NCBI GenBank assembly: GCA_964016885.1
Contig: OZ024745.1
Location: 19,344,001-19,408,000, forward strand
Reading direction: 5' to 3'
DNA: 64,000 nt
Source: Eledone cirrhosa
Taxonomy: Eukaryota
The position numbers and the translations under genes were made by a program. The notes beneath the pieces are model-generated. The model had not been told where the DNA came from. It ran no database searches and saw only the letters and a program-made list of their open reading frames with translations. Shown piece after piece: positions 14,060 through 27,432 of this stretch; the stretch's first letter is position 1; each line of letters starts with the position of its first letter.

Positions 14060-14366
14060 ATAAAATGTATTGAAGTCGACGAAATGTGGACCTTCATTTT
14101 TGAAAGATGGATAATGCTATAAGCAGACCTTACAATAGTGTACCACAATTTTCCTTTGTACAAAAGTGGGCAGCCGAATTTAGGAAAGGATAGGGGATTC
14201 TTGAAGATGACGTCTGGACGTCCTACAACTGCCACTACCGAGGAAAACATTGATCTCAGTACTGCAACACCGATGGAAGAAGTGCGTGGAACGCAAGGGA
14301 GACTATGTTGAAAAATAAACCTCATTTGGTCACATTCCATGAAAGTATCTTTGTCAACCCTCGTAT
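14060..14366 (+). mobile_element. Mariner transposon deletion derivative
   Basis: Translates to VQKWAAEF...LEDD..SGRPTTATTEENID fused to LQHRWKKCVERKGDYVEK*, followed by a TIR-like end ...CCCTCGTA. Confidence 0.75.
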
Positions 14367-14400
14367 CTATGCGCAATATACGTAAAGATACAGAATTGCG

Positions 14401-14815
14401 GGCACTACAACGCTATTAGCTGTTATATTTGTTGGTAAAAAAAATTTGATTATAAAACTTAAATTTATGAATGACTTGTTTTCTACATTGATAACCATGA
14501 CTTGTTTTCTAATTAACTTAAATTTGTTTTCTAATTTGGCCCTTTTAAGGGCTACCTATATTTTCATTTAAGTAACTCCACTTACATCGATATGCTTTAT
14601 AACCAAGACTTGTTTTCTAATTTGGCCCTTTTAAGTCTTCCCTCTCTCTCTCTCGCTCTTCCCTATCTCTCCTCTTCCCTCTCTCTCTCTCTCAAAAAAA
14701 ACCGCGTGAAAACTCCACTTACGCGTGGTAGTAATACGGAAATAAACGATGTTGACGAGTGACGTCACCTTCGCCTGTTTTCCACTGGACTGACAGCTAA
14801 TAGCGTTGTAGTGCC
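14401..14815. mobile_element. MITE-like element with perfect 23-bp TIRs
   Basis: GGCACTACAACGCTATTAGCTGT (14401-14423) and ACAGCTAATAGCGTTGTAGTGCC (14793-14815). No clear TSD. Confidence 0.6.
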
Positions 14816-15019
14816 AATTAAAGATTTATTATTATTATTATTATTCCCAACACAAAGGTGAACCCCTTCTTGTCCTCTTATACACTTGTATTTCGTCCAT
14901 TCTAATAAACCCCTCATTCGGTTTTCCTTCTGATTTAGGCCATGTGTTACCGCTAAGTTTGCCCTTGGGGGAACGAAAATATAACTGCTAACAATTTCCT
15001 TCATACTTCTGTAAGAACC

Positions 15020-15320
15020 GAATAATTGTTTCTACGTTTGGCACAAAGCCAGCAATTTAAAGGGAGGGGATAAAAGTCGACCTCAGTGCATTACTGCTAC
15101 TTTATCTGATCGAACCCCTCCCCAAGGTTTAAATCCTGCACTGCGTAAGGCTGAAAGGCAAAGCTAAACTCGGCGGGATTTAACAATGGTTTGATTTAGG
15201 CACAAAACCAACAATTTTGGGGGAGGGGAATGTTGATTTAATTGACCCCAATGCATTACTGGTACTTTATTTTATCGACCCCTTAAGGATGAAAGACAAA
15301 GCTAGCCTCGGTGAGATTTA
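15020..15320 (-). mobile_element. Two diverged SINE S1 3' fragments
   Basis: GGCACAAA..CAGCAATTT...TACTTTAT...GAAAGGCAAAG motif occurs twice. Confidence 0.6.
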
Positions 15321-16918
15321 ATAATGCTTTCCGTATTTAGCCAGAGAAGAGCCCTGATCGAAAAGACCTATGATCAAAGACATTCCAGTCGCGACCCTCA
15401 CGTTCATTTGTATACTTGGGACTAATTAATAGTGTGTACTTTCTGTTTAAGACATAAGGATGAGATTAGAGAAAGATTTGGCTACTATTTCTCGCAAGTC
15501 GTGCGACCAGATAGAGATTGTAGTAATTATTACATGAGATCGTATTATTAAAGTTATTATTTGAATATATAGAAATAATATGAATCTATCAATGTAACAG
15601 CTCAATAAAGATGTTGAGAATGAGGTTTAGTGCGACCAATAGGGCGAACTACATAGGTATCTAGGGGTCATGGTGTGTATAGACAATTATATAAACACGA
15701 CTGGAGTCTATTTAGAGTGCATGTGTAATATATAGAAATTATATTTGTGTGTAGTATACAATTATATACACTGGTGTAGTCGTGTGGGTATATGTGAATT
15801 TAGTGATGTATAGACGATGCAATGTTATGTACTGTGGAGTGCAATTATATATATATGTAAGAGGGTTGTATATAGTACATTGACACGAATGAAATGTACA
15901 TAAATTGCAAATATAATATATATATATATATATATATACTGGTTTACTATATATATACTGGTTTACTATATATATATATATATTATACAGAGAAAAGGAC
16001 AGGGAGAAAATATTTGTTGTTGTTTAGCTCCAAATCAACCTTTATCGGGCAGACCTATGATTAAAACTATTCCATCCATGACCATCCCCTCTTTAAGGAG
16101 GGGGGGGGTATCTAGGATTATATTTTCTGTGTCCTTCTCATCCACCCTTTGTTAAAAACGATGGGGTGTAATTTTGAGATGTTGCTGCTATCTCTAGCCG
16201 GTCGAGTGGTCCTGTTAGAGACTTCCTCGTGCAGCGTAATTATAAATAGCAAGTGCCCGGGGGGGGGGGGGGGGGCTGAGTTCACACCATTTCGACGTCG
16301 AATATATATATATCCTTCATTAAATAGATTGGTGTGGTTTATATGCGCATGGGATTCGAATTTCAACTTGTAAACATACTACGGTAAAAGACATAATAGG
16401 TAGATAGATAGTGTGGGTGTGTGAAAAGGCAAGAGAGAAAGTAGGGATGAAGCAGAGATAAATAGTTCCTAAGCATCAATAAAAACAAAATGTAAATAAG
16501 AGAATAGAACAATAAATCGGTAACTTACACTGCTTTTTCATGTGCGTAATTATAAGATAGGAATTTGGCGATTGTCGACAAGAGAAGGCGCATCGATATT
16601 CTATAGTCATAGAATATATACGGTTATAGTTATCGTTAGCTATAAACATAGATGAATAAAAGAGCTACAAGAGACAACAAACATATCGTCTCCGATACTA
16701 AATCAAGAATCATTTAATCACAGCTTGGTTGTTTTCACTGTTTCCTACTAAGCGGATGTGACGTAATAGCTACATTCTACACCCGTCTCCTCTTTCCCCC
16801 CACCTCACTATCATCATCGTCTTATGTATTGTCCAGTTACGTTAGTTCTAAGTACACTAACAATCTTCTTACCACACAGTTCCTTGTCTAAACACACTCT
16901 CCCAAGTTACTTCAGCTG

Positions 16919-17256
<338 letters not shown>

Positions 17257-17505
17257 TATATATATATATATTTATTTATTTATTTATTTGTATATATATA
17301 TGTGTATATAAACCTGATTAGTTCTTTCGTTACTGTGGTATTGTATGGTTGGGTTTTGCCTACAGCAATTTTCAATTTGTCAAGCTATTTAAACGTATGT
17401 TATTACTCTAAGGACCTACCCTTGAGTGCTTTGCTATTCATTCCTTATTGTAGGTCGACTTTGCTTTGCCACAGCCAAAGCTTCGATTTTACTAAGCTTC
17501 CACTT

Positions 17506-17686
17506 GTGGATTGGCAGTATCGGTAGAGGGTCGGACGCCATGCTTTCCAGCATAGTTACGTCCCTTTACGATCTGAGTTCAAATCCCGCCGAGGTTGACT
17601 TTGCCTTTCATCCTTACGGGGTCGATAAAATAAAGTACCAGTAATGCACTGAGTAATTGCTGACCTTGTGCCTAACGTAGAAACAA

Positions 17687-17691
<5 letters not shown>
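17506..17691 (+). mobile_element. Full-length SINE family S1 (tRNA-derived)
   Basis: A box TGGCAGTATCGG, B box GAGTTCAAATCC and AT-rich tail. About 20 copies or fragments in the window. Confidence 0.85.
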
Positions 17692-17726
<35 letters not shown>

Positions 17727-18150
17727 GACGTAAAATAAGAAAATTTTAAAAATTAAAAATCAACTATATATATATATTGTTATGCTTTGGGAGGGTCATG
17801 TTGCCAATAAGAAACACACGCACCAGTAATTTTCACTCCAATTTATTATAAATTAAATTTATAAATTTAAGAATTTATAAATTTCCGGACGGTTGTTCAT
17901 ATATTGTCAAAGTTCTTTCGTCACACATTCTGTGACCTCAACTTACAATTAAGGACAAAATGAAAACACACACACACATAGAACAAACAACCAGCCAGTA
18001 ACATGTAAATAAACAAATAAATAAACAAATATAAACACACACAGACATCCGGATGTAACACATGAGCAAACTAAGCACACAACTCACACAAAAACAAGAT
18101 GGCGTAGGACAGAACAAAGGAGAGGCACAAAAACAAAGAAAAGAATCCCC

Positions 18151-18195
18151 AGTCACTGAAGAGGTCACAGAATGTGTGACGAAAGAACTTTGACA
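18151..18195 (+). ncRNA. Minimal type-I hammerhead ribozyme motif
   Basis: GTCA-CTGAAGA-GGTCACA(gaatg)TGTGAC-GAAA-GAAC-TT-TGAC. Stems I and II pair; stem III is weak. Confidence 0.65.
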
Positions 18196-18282
18196 CTATA
18201 TGAACAACCGTCCGGTTGTGGAACCAACCAACCAACCGGAAATTTATAAATTCTTAAATTTATAAATTTAATTTATAATAAA

Positions 18283-19100
18283 CTAGCAGTAAAGCCCGGC
18301 GTTGCTCGGGGTCGCTCAGTAGCTGTGTTAAAGTTACAATGTTAAGTTTCTTTTTTGGCCTAAAAACTGTAGTGTCTACTGTGCAGACTTGCATGTGGTG
18401 TTTTTGATTAATATTCCCTCAACCAACAATATGCCTTATGAAGTTAAGAAAACATAACGATAACCCGAATGTTATAACAAAAGAGGATGCTGGGGATAAA
18501 AACTGCACTGGTTATTTATTAACAAAGATCGAAAATGTAAACACTGCAACGCAGAGAAAAACATTAGCGTAACCAAATTATCAGTTATGTCTGTCTGCAC
18601 GCCTATATCACCTCTCTGCACGACTATCTGTCTGCACGCCTAACGAAATTTACAGATACATATATTTTAAATAAACTTATATAATTTTTGCTTTTTTTTA
18701 CGAAATATTTGCTTGTTTTAAGTAGTTTTTAAATAGACTTGTTTTCAAGTAAAAATATTGTTTTAAAAGGCTTGTTTTACGTAGTCTTTAAATCGTGTAG
18801 TGTGTTAATGTCATTTTAAACGCTGAGAAAGCCAGCGTAATTTTTTTAATTTTTGCACGCAGACGCTCAATGTAAACAGAACAAAGGGAAATAACTGATC
18901 ACTTACGCTCAAAAATCGATACATTATATTCGATTTCGTCAGATAGGGCGGGTCAATTTGAAATATTTTTTTCCGATGTCTTCGCTAGGGCTCAATGTAC
19001 AAGTATAGCAATTTCGGTGCAATTCCGTGAGAGATTCTAAGAGGAGATGTGTGCCAAAAATCGATAGACAGACAGACAACCACAGTTTTATATATATAGA
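18283..19100 (-). mobile_element. Non-autonomous Helitron (818 bp)
   Basis: The minus strand starts TC and ends in hairpin CCCGAGCAACGCCGGG followed by CTAG. Inserted between A and T with no TSD; the empty site is preserved in the inverted arm at ~17835-17850. Confidence 0.9.
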
Positions 19101-19208
19101 TTGGAGTGAAAGCTACTGGTGCGTGTGTTTCTTATTGGCAAAGCATAACAATATCGGTTTCAACACACTTTTTCAGATAAAGAATCTTGCTAAGCAAATT
19201 CAGAAACG

Positions 19209-19248
<40 letters not shown>

Positions 19249-19533
19249 ATACTCCCCAAGTATAACAATATTTGCTTCGACACACGATTTCATATCAAAA
19301 ACATCGCAAAACTAATTCATCGCCGTTATATATATATATCCCTTTACGGACTGAGTTCAAAACCCGCCGAGGTTAACTTTGCCTTTCATCCTTACGGGGT
19401 CGATAAAATAAAGCACCAGTAATACACTGAAATAATTGCTGGCCTTGTGCCAAAAGTAGAAACAGTTATATATATATATATATATACGATATTAAATAAA
19501 TGGAAACTATATTTATAAAACCATATTTATTTC

Positions 19534-19590
19534 ATTGTACATATTTCAGGGATACCAAATTAAAATATGGTATGCCTTCATCAGACAAAA
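19534..19590 (-). ncRNA. Hammerhead-like motif
   Basis: Minus strand reads CTGATGA-AGGCATACCA...TGGTATCCCT-GAAA-TATG-TA. The stem I register is imperfect. Confidence 0.5.
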
Positions 19591-19699
19591 TACAATATAT
19601 AAACAGTTTTATAAATAATTTTGACGTACCCTATTAGATGCGACCATTATTTTTGGAAGCTGTCTGGACTTTTGCAAACTCGACTGTCACCACATATCA

Positions 19700-19738
19700 T
19701 GAACCTGAAGATTGCGAAAGCATGAAAGTACTTGTTCA
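19700..19738 (+). ncRNA. Minimal type-I hammerhead ribozyme motif (family F)
   Basis: TGAAC-CTGAAGA-TTGC(GAAA)GCAT-GAAA-GTAC-TT-GTTCA: 5-bp stem I, GNRA-capped stem II and palindromic AGTACT stem III. Confidence 0.8.
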
Positions 19739-19854
19739 ATTAACACTTAGAATTTAATATTCTATCATACTATTTCATTATAATACCATATTATATATAT
19801 TTTAAAGGATTGTAAATAAAACGAGTAAATCAGACAAAGTTGGAATTCCTCTTA

Positions 19855-19903
<49 letters not shown>

Positions 19904-19907
19904 ATAT

Positions 19908-20098
19908 AACGAAGGAGTTGTGGTAAGGAACCAGATAGACCATAACGAACCAGAGTACTCAATACTTAGGGTAGTAGAGTGGGTAATAGGAAAATGTATG
20001 ACCCCGACGGCAGAGCTCAAGCCGTTTCGACGGCTATTTCTGGAGCCCAGAAATAGCCATCAAAACGGCTTGAGCTCTGCCGTCGGGTCATACATTTT

Positions 20099-20103
<5 letters not shown>
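19908..20103 (-). mobile_element. Fold-back element family P1, copy B
   Basis: Arms ~19986-20043 / 20047-20103, tail on the left, flanked by (TA)n. Confidence 0.75.
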
Positions 20104-20141
<38 letters not shown>

Positions 20142-20160
20142 ACACATATATACTTATATG

Positions 20161-20255
<95 letters not shown>

Positions 20256-20682
20256 GCGGACTTGCCAGATTGCCAAATGGCAAATGGGTCCCAGTAATGT
20301 TGCCGGAGCCCACTGTAATGTTTTAGGGGCCAATGCTTTGCTGTCAAAAAATATCTTTAAAAGAAAAGTCTTAGAGAAAGTATAACAAAGTTTTAAAAAT
20401 AAATAAACTAATAAGCAAACCATTTTATCAAACAATTCCTTAGGGAATTAATAGAAATCAAAATATATAATATTGCTAACAGTTGGAGCCACTGGCTTAC
20501 TGTATTCATTCATACGTGTACATGGACACACACATGTATATATACGTGTACATGGACACACACATGTATATATACGTGTACATGGACACACACATGTATA
20601 TATACATACATGGACACACACATGTATATATACATACATGGACACACACATGTATATATACATACACATTAGCTGCTAGCCA

Positions 20683-20845
20683 AATAATTGTTTCTACTTT
20701 TGGCACAAGGCCAGCAATTATCCCAGTGTATTACTGGTACTTTATTTTATCGACCCCGTAAGGATGAAAGGCAAAGTTAACCTCGGCGGGATTTGAACTC
20801 AGACCATAAAGGGCCGTAACTCTTTGCTGCAAAGCATGGTGTCCA
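20683..20845 (-). mobile_element. SINE family S1
   Basis: Reverse complement of 17506-17691. Confidence 0.8.
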
Positions 20846-20903
20846 CTGCTGGCCAAATAATGTTTGATATCAATGGGTAAAAGGCATATGTAAAATCAAT
20901 TTC

Positions 20904-21052
20904 TTCAAATACCGGTCACTCTCCGACAGGTTTGCGGTTGTACCCTTGACAATGGAGACTTCTGGTGTCCTCGGCCCTAGGGCTACCTCCCTACCATAGG
21001 CGCTGAGCTGGCCAGCCGCAGGTGTGAGCCCCGCGAGTTGGAATGGCTTTTC
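20904..21052 (+). pseudogene. Isolated fragment of the CRE-like RLE domain
   Basis: Near-identical to 60284-60439 (KYRSLSDRFAVVPL..ETSGVLGP). Confidence 0.8.
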
Positions 21053-21365
21053 CCCACATCAAATATTGTTATTTTGTTAAATATTGTTTTGTTTTAAATA
21101 AATTTTCAGAATTTTGTTAGTTGAATTGGGTAAGAATTCAGTAATTATTAATATCGTCTTTTTTCTAGCATCGGTAGAGCGTCGGATAATGTTTTGTGGT
21201 ATAGAGTTACGGCCCTTTGCGCCCTTCTTTTAAATCCCGCCAAGGTTAGAATTACCTTTTATTTCTATGTGTTCGATAATGTAAAGTAGAAGTAACTCAC
21301 TGAGATCGATTTAATCGACTTTTCCTTCCAAAATTGTTGGCCTTGAATCTAAATCAGAAACCATT

Positions 21366-23856
21366 GAATTGGCAGTATAGGTAGAGGGTCGGACGCCATG
21401 GGTGGGGGATTGGCAGTATCGGTAGAGGGTTGGGCGCCATGGGTGGGGGATTGGCAGTATCGGTAGAGGGTTGGGCGCCATGGGTGGGGGATTGGCAGTA
21501 TAGGTAGAGGGTTGGACGCCATGGGTGGGGGATTGGCAGTATCGGTAGAGGGTTGGACGCCATGGGTGGGGGATTGGTAGTATAGGTAGAGGGTTGGGCG
21601 CCATGGGTGGGGGATTGGCAGTATCGGTAGAGGGTTGGACGCCATGGGTGGGGGATTGGTAGTATAGGTAGAGGGTTGGGCGCCATGGGTGGGGGATTGG
21701 TAGTATAGGTAGATGGTTGGGCGCCATGAGTGGGGGATTGGCAGTATCGGTAGAGGGTTGGGCGCCATGGGTGGGGGATTGGCAGTATAGGTAGAGGGTT
21801 GGACGCCATGGGTGGGGAATTGGCAGTATAGGTAGAGGGTTGGACGCCATGGGTGGGGGATTGGCAGTATAGGTAGAGGGTTGGACGCCATGGGTGGGGG
21901 ATTGGCAGTATAGGTAGAGGGTTGGACGCCATGGGTGGGGGATTGGCAGTATCGGTAGAGGGTTGGGCGCCATGGGTAGGGGATTGGAAGTATAGGTAGA
22001 GGGTTGGGCGCCATGGGTGGGGGATTGGCAGTATAGGTAGAGGGTTGGACGCCATGGGTGGGGGATTGGCAGTATCGGTAGAGGGTTGGGCGCCATGGGT
22101 AGGGGATTGGAAGTATAGGTAGAGGGTTGGGCGCCATGGGTGGGGGATTGGTAGTATAGGTAGAGGGTTGGGCGCCATGGGTGGGGGATTGGCAGTATAG
22201 GTAGAGGGTTGGGCGCCATGGGTGGGGGATTGGCAGTATAGGTAGAGGGTTGGGCGCCATGGGTGGGGGATTGGCTGTATCGGTAGAGGGTTGGACGCCA
22301 TGGGTGGGGGATTGGTAGTATAGGTAGAGGGTTGGGCGCCATGGGTGGGGGATTGGCAGTATCGGTAGAGGGTTGGACGCCATGGGTGGGGGATTGGTAG
22401 TATAGGTAGAGGGTTGGGCGCCATGGGTGGGGGATTGGTAGTATAGGTAGATGGTTGGGCGCCATGAGTGGGGGATTGGCAGTATCGGTAGAGGGTTGGG
22501 CGCCATGGGTGGGGGATTGGCAGTATTGGTAGAGGTTTGGGCGCCATGGGTGGGGGATTGGCAGTATAGGTAGAGGGTTGGACGCCATGGGTGGGGGATT
22601 GGCAGTATAGGTAGAGGGTTGGACGCCATGGGTGGGGGATTGGCAGTATCGGTAGAGGGTTGGGCGCCATGGGTAGGGGATTGGAAGTATAGGTAGAGGG
22701 TTGGGCGCCATGGGTGGGGGATTGGTAGTATAGGTAGAGGGTTGGGCGCCATGGGTGGGGGATTGGCAGTATAGGTAAAGGGTTGGGCGCCATGGGTGGG
22801 GGATTGGCAGTATAGGTAGAGGGTTGGGCGCCATGGGTGGGGGATTGGCAGTATAGGTAGAGGGTTGGGCGCCATGGGTGGGGGATTGGCAGTATAGGTA
22901 GAGGGTTGGACGCCATGGGTGGGGGATTGGCAGTATAGGTAGAGGGTTGGACGCCATGGGTGGGGGATTGGTAGTATAGGTAGAGGGTCGGACGCCATGG
23001 GTGGGGGATTGGCAGTATAGGTAGAGGGTCGGACGCCATGGGTGGGGGATTGGCAGTATAGGTAGAGGGTTGGGCGCCATGGGTGGGGTATTGGCAGTAT
23101 AGGTAGAGGGTTGGACGCCATGGGTGGGGGATTGGCAGTATCGGTAGAGGGTTGGACGCCATGGGTGGGGGATTGGTAGTATAGGTAGAGGGTTGGGCGC
23201 CATGGGTGGGGGATTGGCAGTATCGGTAGAGGGTTGGACGCCATGGGTGGGGGATTGGTAGTATAGGTAGAGGGTTGGGCGCCATGGGTGGGGGATTGGC
23301 AGTATAGGTAGAGGGTTGGGCGCCATGGGTGGGGGATTGGCAGTATAGGTAGAGGGTTGGGCGCCATGGGTGGGGGATTGGCAGTATAGGTAGAGGGATG
23401 GGCGCCATGGGTGGGGGATTGGCAGTATAGGTAGAGGGTTGGACGCCATGGGTGGGGGATTGGCAGTATAGGTAGAGGGTTGGACGCCATGGGTGGGGGA
23501 TTGGCAGTATAGATAGAGGGTCGGACGCCATGGGTGGGGGATTGGCAGTATAGGTAGAGGGTCGGACGCCATGGGTGGAGGATTGGCAGTATCGGTAGAG
23601 GGTTGGGCGCCATGGGTGGGGGATTGGCAGTATAGGTAGAGGGTTGGACGCCATGGGTGGGGGATTGGCAGTATAGGTAGAGGGTTGGACGCCATGGATG
23701 GGGGATTGGCAGTATCGGTAGAGGGTTGGACGCCATGGGTGGGGAATTGGCAGTATCGGTAGAGGGTTGGACGCCATGGGTGGGGAATTGGCAGTATCGG
23801 TAGAGGGTCGGACGCCAAGGGTGGGGGATTGGCAGTATCGGTAGAGGGTTGGGCGC
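21366..23856 (+). repeat. 41-bp G-rich minisatellite (~60 copies) derived from the SINE S1 head
   Basis: Unit CCATGGGTGGGGGATTGGCAGTAT(A/C)GGTAGAGGGTTGG(A/G)CG. The last unit continues directly into a SINE body. Confidence 0.95.
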
Positions 23857-24005
23857 TTTCTAGCATAGTTACATCCCTTTACGGTCTGACTTCAAATCCT
23901 GCCGAGGTTAACTTTGCCTTTCATCTTTACGGGGTCGATAAAATAAAGTACCAGTAATACACTGGTATAATTGCTGGCCTTGTGCCAAAAGTAGAAACAA
24001 TTATC
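23815..24005 (+). mobile_element. SINE family S1 body terminating the 41-bp array
   Basis: GCTTTCTAGCATAGTTAC...TTCAAATCC...GTGCCAAAAGTAGAAACAATTAT. Confidence 0.85.
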
Positions 24006-24469
24006 ATTCCATTCTCGGATGCATTTTCAGACTGTGATGTAGCAAGAATTTGGGCTGCTTTGAAGGGTCCATAAGTCCCTCCCCCTCGAACCACATTACA
24101 ATACACACCTCCTTCTAGGTACGCTAAATATTAAACAACCCACATTGCTTGCTGGTATTTCATGTTATAACCCCCACCCCGAAGAATGAAAGGCAAAGTT
24201 AATCTCTAAACATAAAGACTAACATATAGAGACTAATTTTCTCTCTCTCTTTTTTTTTTTTAATTCTTTTTAAGTTTTTCAGTCATTAGACTGCAGCCAT
24301 GCTAGAAATTCAATCGATGATATCGATCCCACAACTTTTTCATTCTAGTCTGGTACTTATTTTATCGATCTCTATTTGTTGAACCGCTATATAAACCATG
24401 TGAGATAAACAAATAAACCGGGAGATAAACAAATAGTAGTACTCCTTTAGTGGTATAAACGTAAACATA

Positions 24470-25448
24470 CACCTGCCACACACTCACACACATACACACT
24501 CACACACATACACACATACACACATACACACTCACACTCATACACACTCACACACATACACACACACACACACACTCACACACATACACACTCACACACA
24601 TACACACTCATACACACTCACACATATACAGATTCACGCACATACACACTCACTCTCACACACACTCACATACATACACACTCACACACATACACACTCA
24701 TACACACTCACATTCATACACACTCACACATACACACTCACACTTACACACTCACACACATACACACTCACACACACACACTCACATACATACACACTCA
24801 CACATATACACACTGACACACTCACACACACACTCACACGCATACACACTCACACAAACTCACACACACACACATACACACTCACACACACACTCACACA
24901 CACTGACACACACACTCACACACTCACACACATACACACTCACACACACCTACTCACACACGCGCACACTCACACCACACACGCTCACACACATACACAC
25001 TCACACACTCACACACACACTCACTCACACACACTCACATACGCGCACACTCACACACACACACACACATACACACATACACACTCACACACATACACAC
25101 TCACACACACACACTCACATACATACACACTCACACATATACACACTGACACACTCACACACACACTCACACACATACACACTCACACAAACTCACACAC
25201 ACACACATACACACTCACACACACACTCACACACACTGACACACACACTCACACACTCACACACATACACACTCACACACACCTACTCACACACGCGCAC
25301 ACTCACACCACACACACTCACACACATACACACTCACACACATACACACTCACACACACACTCACTCACACACACTCACATACGCGCACACTCACACACA
25401 CACACACATACACACATACACACTCACACACACTCACACACACACACT

Positions 25449-25487
<39 letters not shown>

Positions 25488-25591
25488 TCACACATACACA
25501 CTCACACACACACGCTCACACACTCACACACACACTCACACACACACACTCACACACATACACACACTCACACACACACACACACACACAC
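24470..25591. repeat. Degenerate (CA)n microsatellite with an internal block duplication
   Basis: CA/CACT/CATA mosaic read directly. Confidence 0.9.
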
Positions 25592-25948
25592 GGTGAGCTT
25601 CTGCATAGTTACCGTCAACCAAATTTCAATGGCATTGGTTATAGTAGAAGGCAGTTGCCGACAGTGTCCGACGCTCAATTCATGGCAGTAGGACTGAACC
25701 CCAAATCACATGAGTATCAAGCGAACTTTTTAACTAAACAACCCGGCATTCATTTAAAGTGAGTAGCAATCCAAATAAGTTGACTATTTGTCATCCATCC
25801 TCAGATTAAATGAAGTCTGAGATAAACTGCTTTAAAAGAAAATATTTTTAAAAATTGGATGGTCACGATTTGGTTATCTTTCACCATAGATCTATTTCAT
25901 CGGAGTTGACCTAAAAACAATAACATCAGTAACAATAATTATTATGAC

Positions 25949-26765
25949 AAAGGGACGTAACTATGCTGGAAAGCATGGCGTCCGACCCTCTGCCGATACT
26001 GCCAATCTACCGCCCCTGTTATAATAATTGCTTCTACTTTTGGCACAAGGCCAGCAATTACCCAGTGCAATAAAGTACCAGTAATGCACTGGATAATTTG
26101 CTGGCCTTGTGCCAAAAGTAGAAACAATTATTATAACAGGGGCGGTAGATTGGCAGTATCGGCAGAGGGTCGGACGCCATGCTTTCCAGCATAGTTACGT
26201 CCCTTTACAGACAGAGTTCAAATCCCGCCGAGGTTAACTTTACCTTTCATCCTTACAGGGTCGATAAAATGAAGTACCAGTAATACACTGAGATAATTGC
26301 TGGCCTTGTGCCAAAAGTAGAAACAATTATTATAACAAGTGAAGGGGCAGATGACTGGCAGTATCGATAGAGTGTCGCATACCATGTTTCGCGGCAAAGA
26401 GTTACATCCCTTTATGTCCTGATCAAATCCAGTTGAGGGTTAGTCTTGCCTTTTCATCCTTACAAGGTCCAAAAAATTAGTACCAGTAATGAACTGGGGT
26501 AGATTTAATCCACTTTAACTTTCCCCAAATTTGTTGACCCTGTGCCTAAATCAGAAACAATTATTAGTTGAAGGAAGGGTGGTGGATTGGCAGTATTGGT
26601 AGAGGGCCGGACAACATGCTTTGACGCATAGAGTTGCCATTCAGAGTTCAAATCCCGCCGAGGTTAACTTTGCCTTTCATTCTTACGGGATCGATAAAAT
26701 AAAGTACCAGTAATGCACTGGGTAATTGCTGGCCTTGTGCCAAAAATAGAAACAATTATTATAAC
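25949..26765. mobile_element. SINE S1 cluster: inverted duplication followed by three tandem plus-strand copies
   Basis: Arms 25949-26069 / 26085-26206. SINE copies at ~26140-26332, 26345-26565 and 26580-26762. Confidence 0.8.
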
Positions 26766-27220
26766 CAGCAAAGTTGCATGGTTGAAAATTAGTTCTTTAG
26801 AGTCAAAGTGCTTCAGTCTAGCTAAATAAATCCTCATCTCTTTAGCCCCGCTTTCTTTCAACGCATTTGGTTCAGGGTTACAAGATCAATTTCATACAAA
26901 GGGCACACACTACCCGCACTCCGCCCCTTAAAAAAAGGAGCGGGTTATATTAGAAAGTAGCGCAAAATGAAAATGTTGTTGGTAAATTTAAAATAAATAA
27001 AAAGGTTGTCTGTATTTCAGTTCTGATGATAGCTGATGATACAGAGATGTTTCTGTTTCCCGGTTTCACTCACCCCATATTTCAGTGTCTCTTTTTCTCT
27101 TCTGTGCTCAAATTCTGACTTAGATATGATCTCTGCTAATTGATATAAGCTCGCCAGCTTTGCTCTGTGTGCAAATGAGCATCATCAACTGATGTTCATA
27201 AGCGAATAAACTATAACCTT

Positions 27221-27432
27221 TCAGTAATTCCTGATCATAGGTCTACTCAATTTGACCCCATTCCAGAAAGGCTACCCGTATCAGTAATTCCTTACTATTG
27301 GTCTATTCAATCTAACCCCATTCCAGAAGGGCTACCCATATCACTAATTACTTACCATTGATCTACTCAATTAGCCCCCATTCCAGAAGGGCTACCCATA
27401 TCACTAATTCCTGATCATTGGTCTACTCAATT
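27221..27432. repeat. 60-bp tandem repeat (~3.5 copies)
   Basis: TCAGTAATTCCTGATCAT...CCCCATTCCAGAAGGGCTACCCATA is in phase with the 60-nt lines. Confidence 0.85.

Larger units (their letters stand above)
17775..19211 (+). mobile_element. PLE-like element: inverted truncated pLTR plus hammerhead-bearing pLTR, split by a Helitron
   Basis: 17775-17939 is the reverse complement of 18161-18282 joined to 19101-19154. TA tracts on both sides. Confidence 0.7.

Noticed and set aside
17506-17600. tRNA gene
   Set aside because: A and B boxes are present but there is no cloverleaf, and the sequence continues into a multi-copy SINE body.
21311-23866. Three ~800-aa Pro-rich ORFs
   Set aside because: They are all three frames of a stop-free 41-bp SINE-derived minisatellite and give the same peptide permuted; not a gene.
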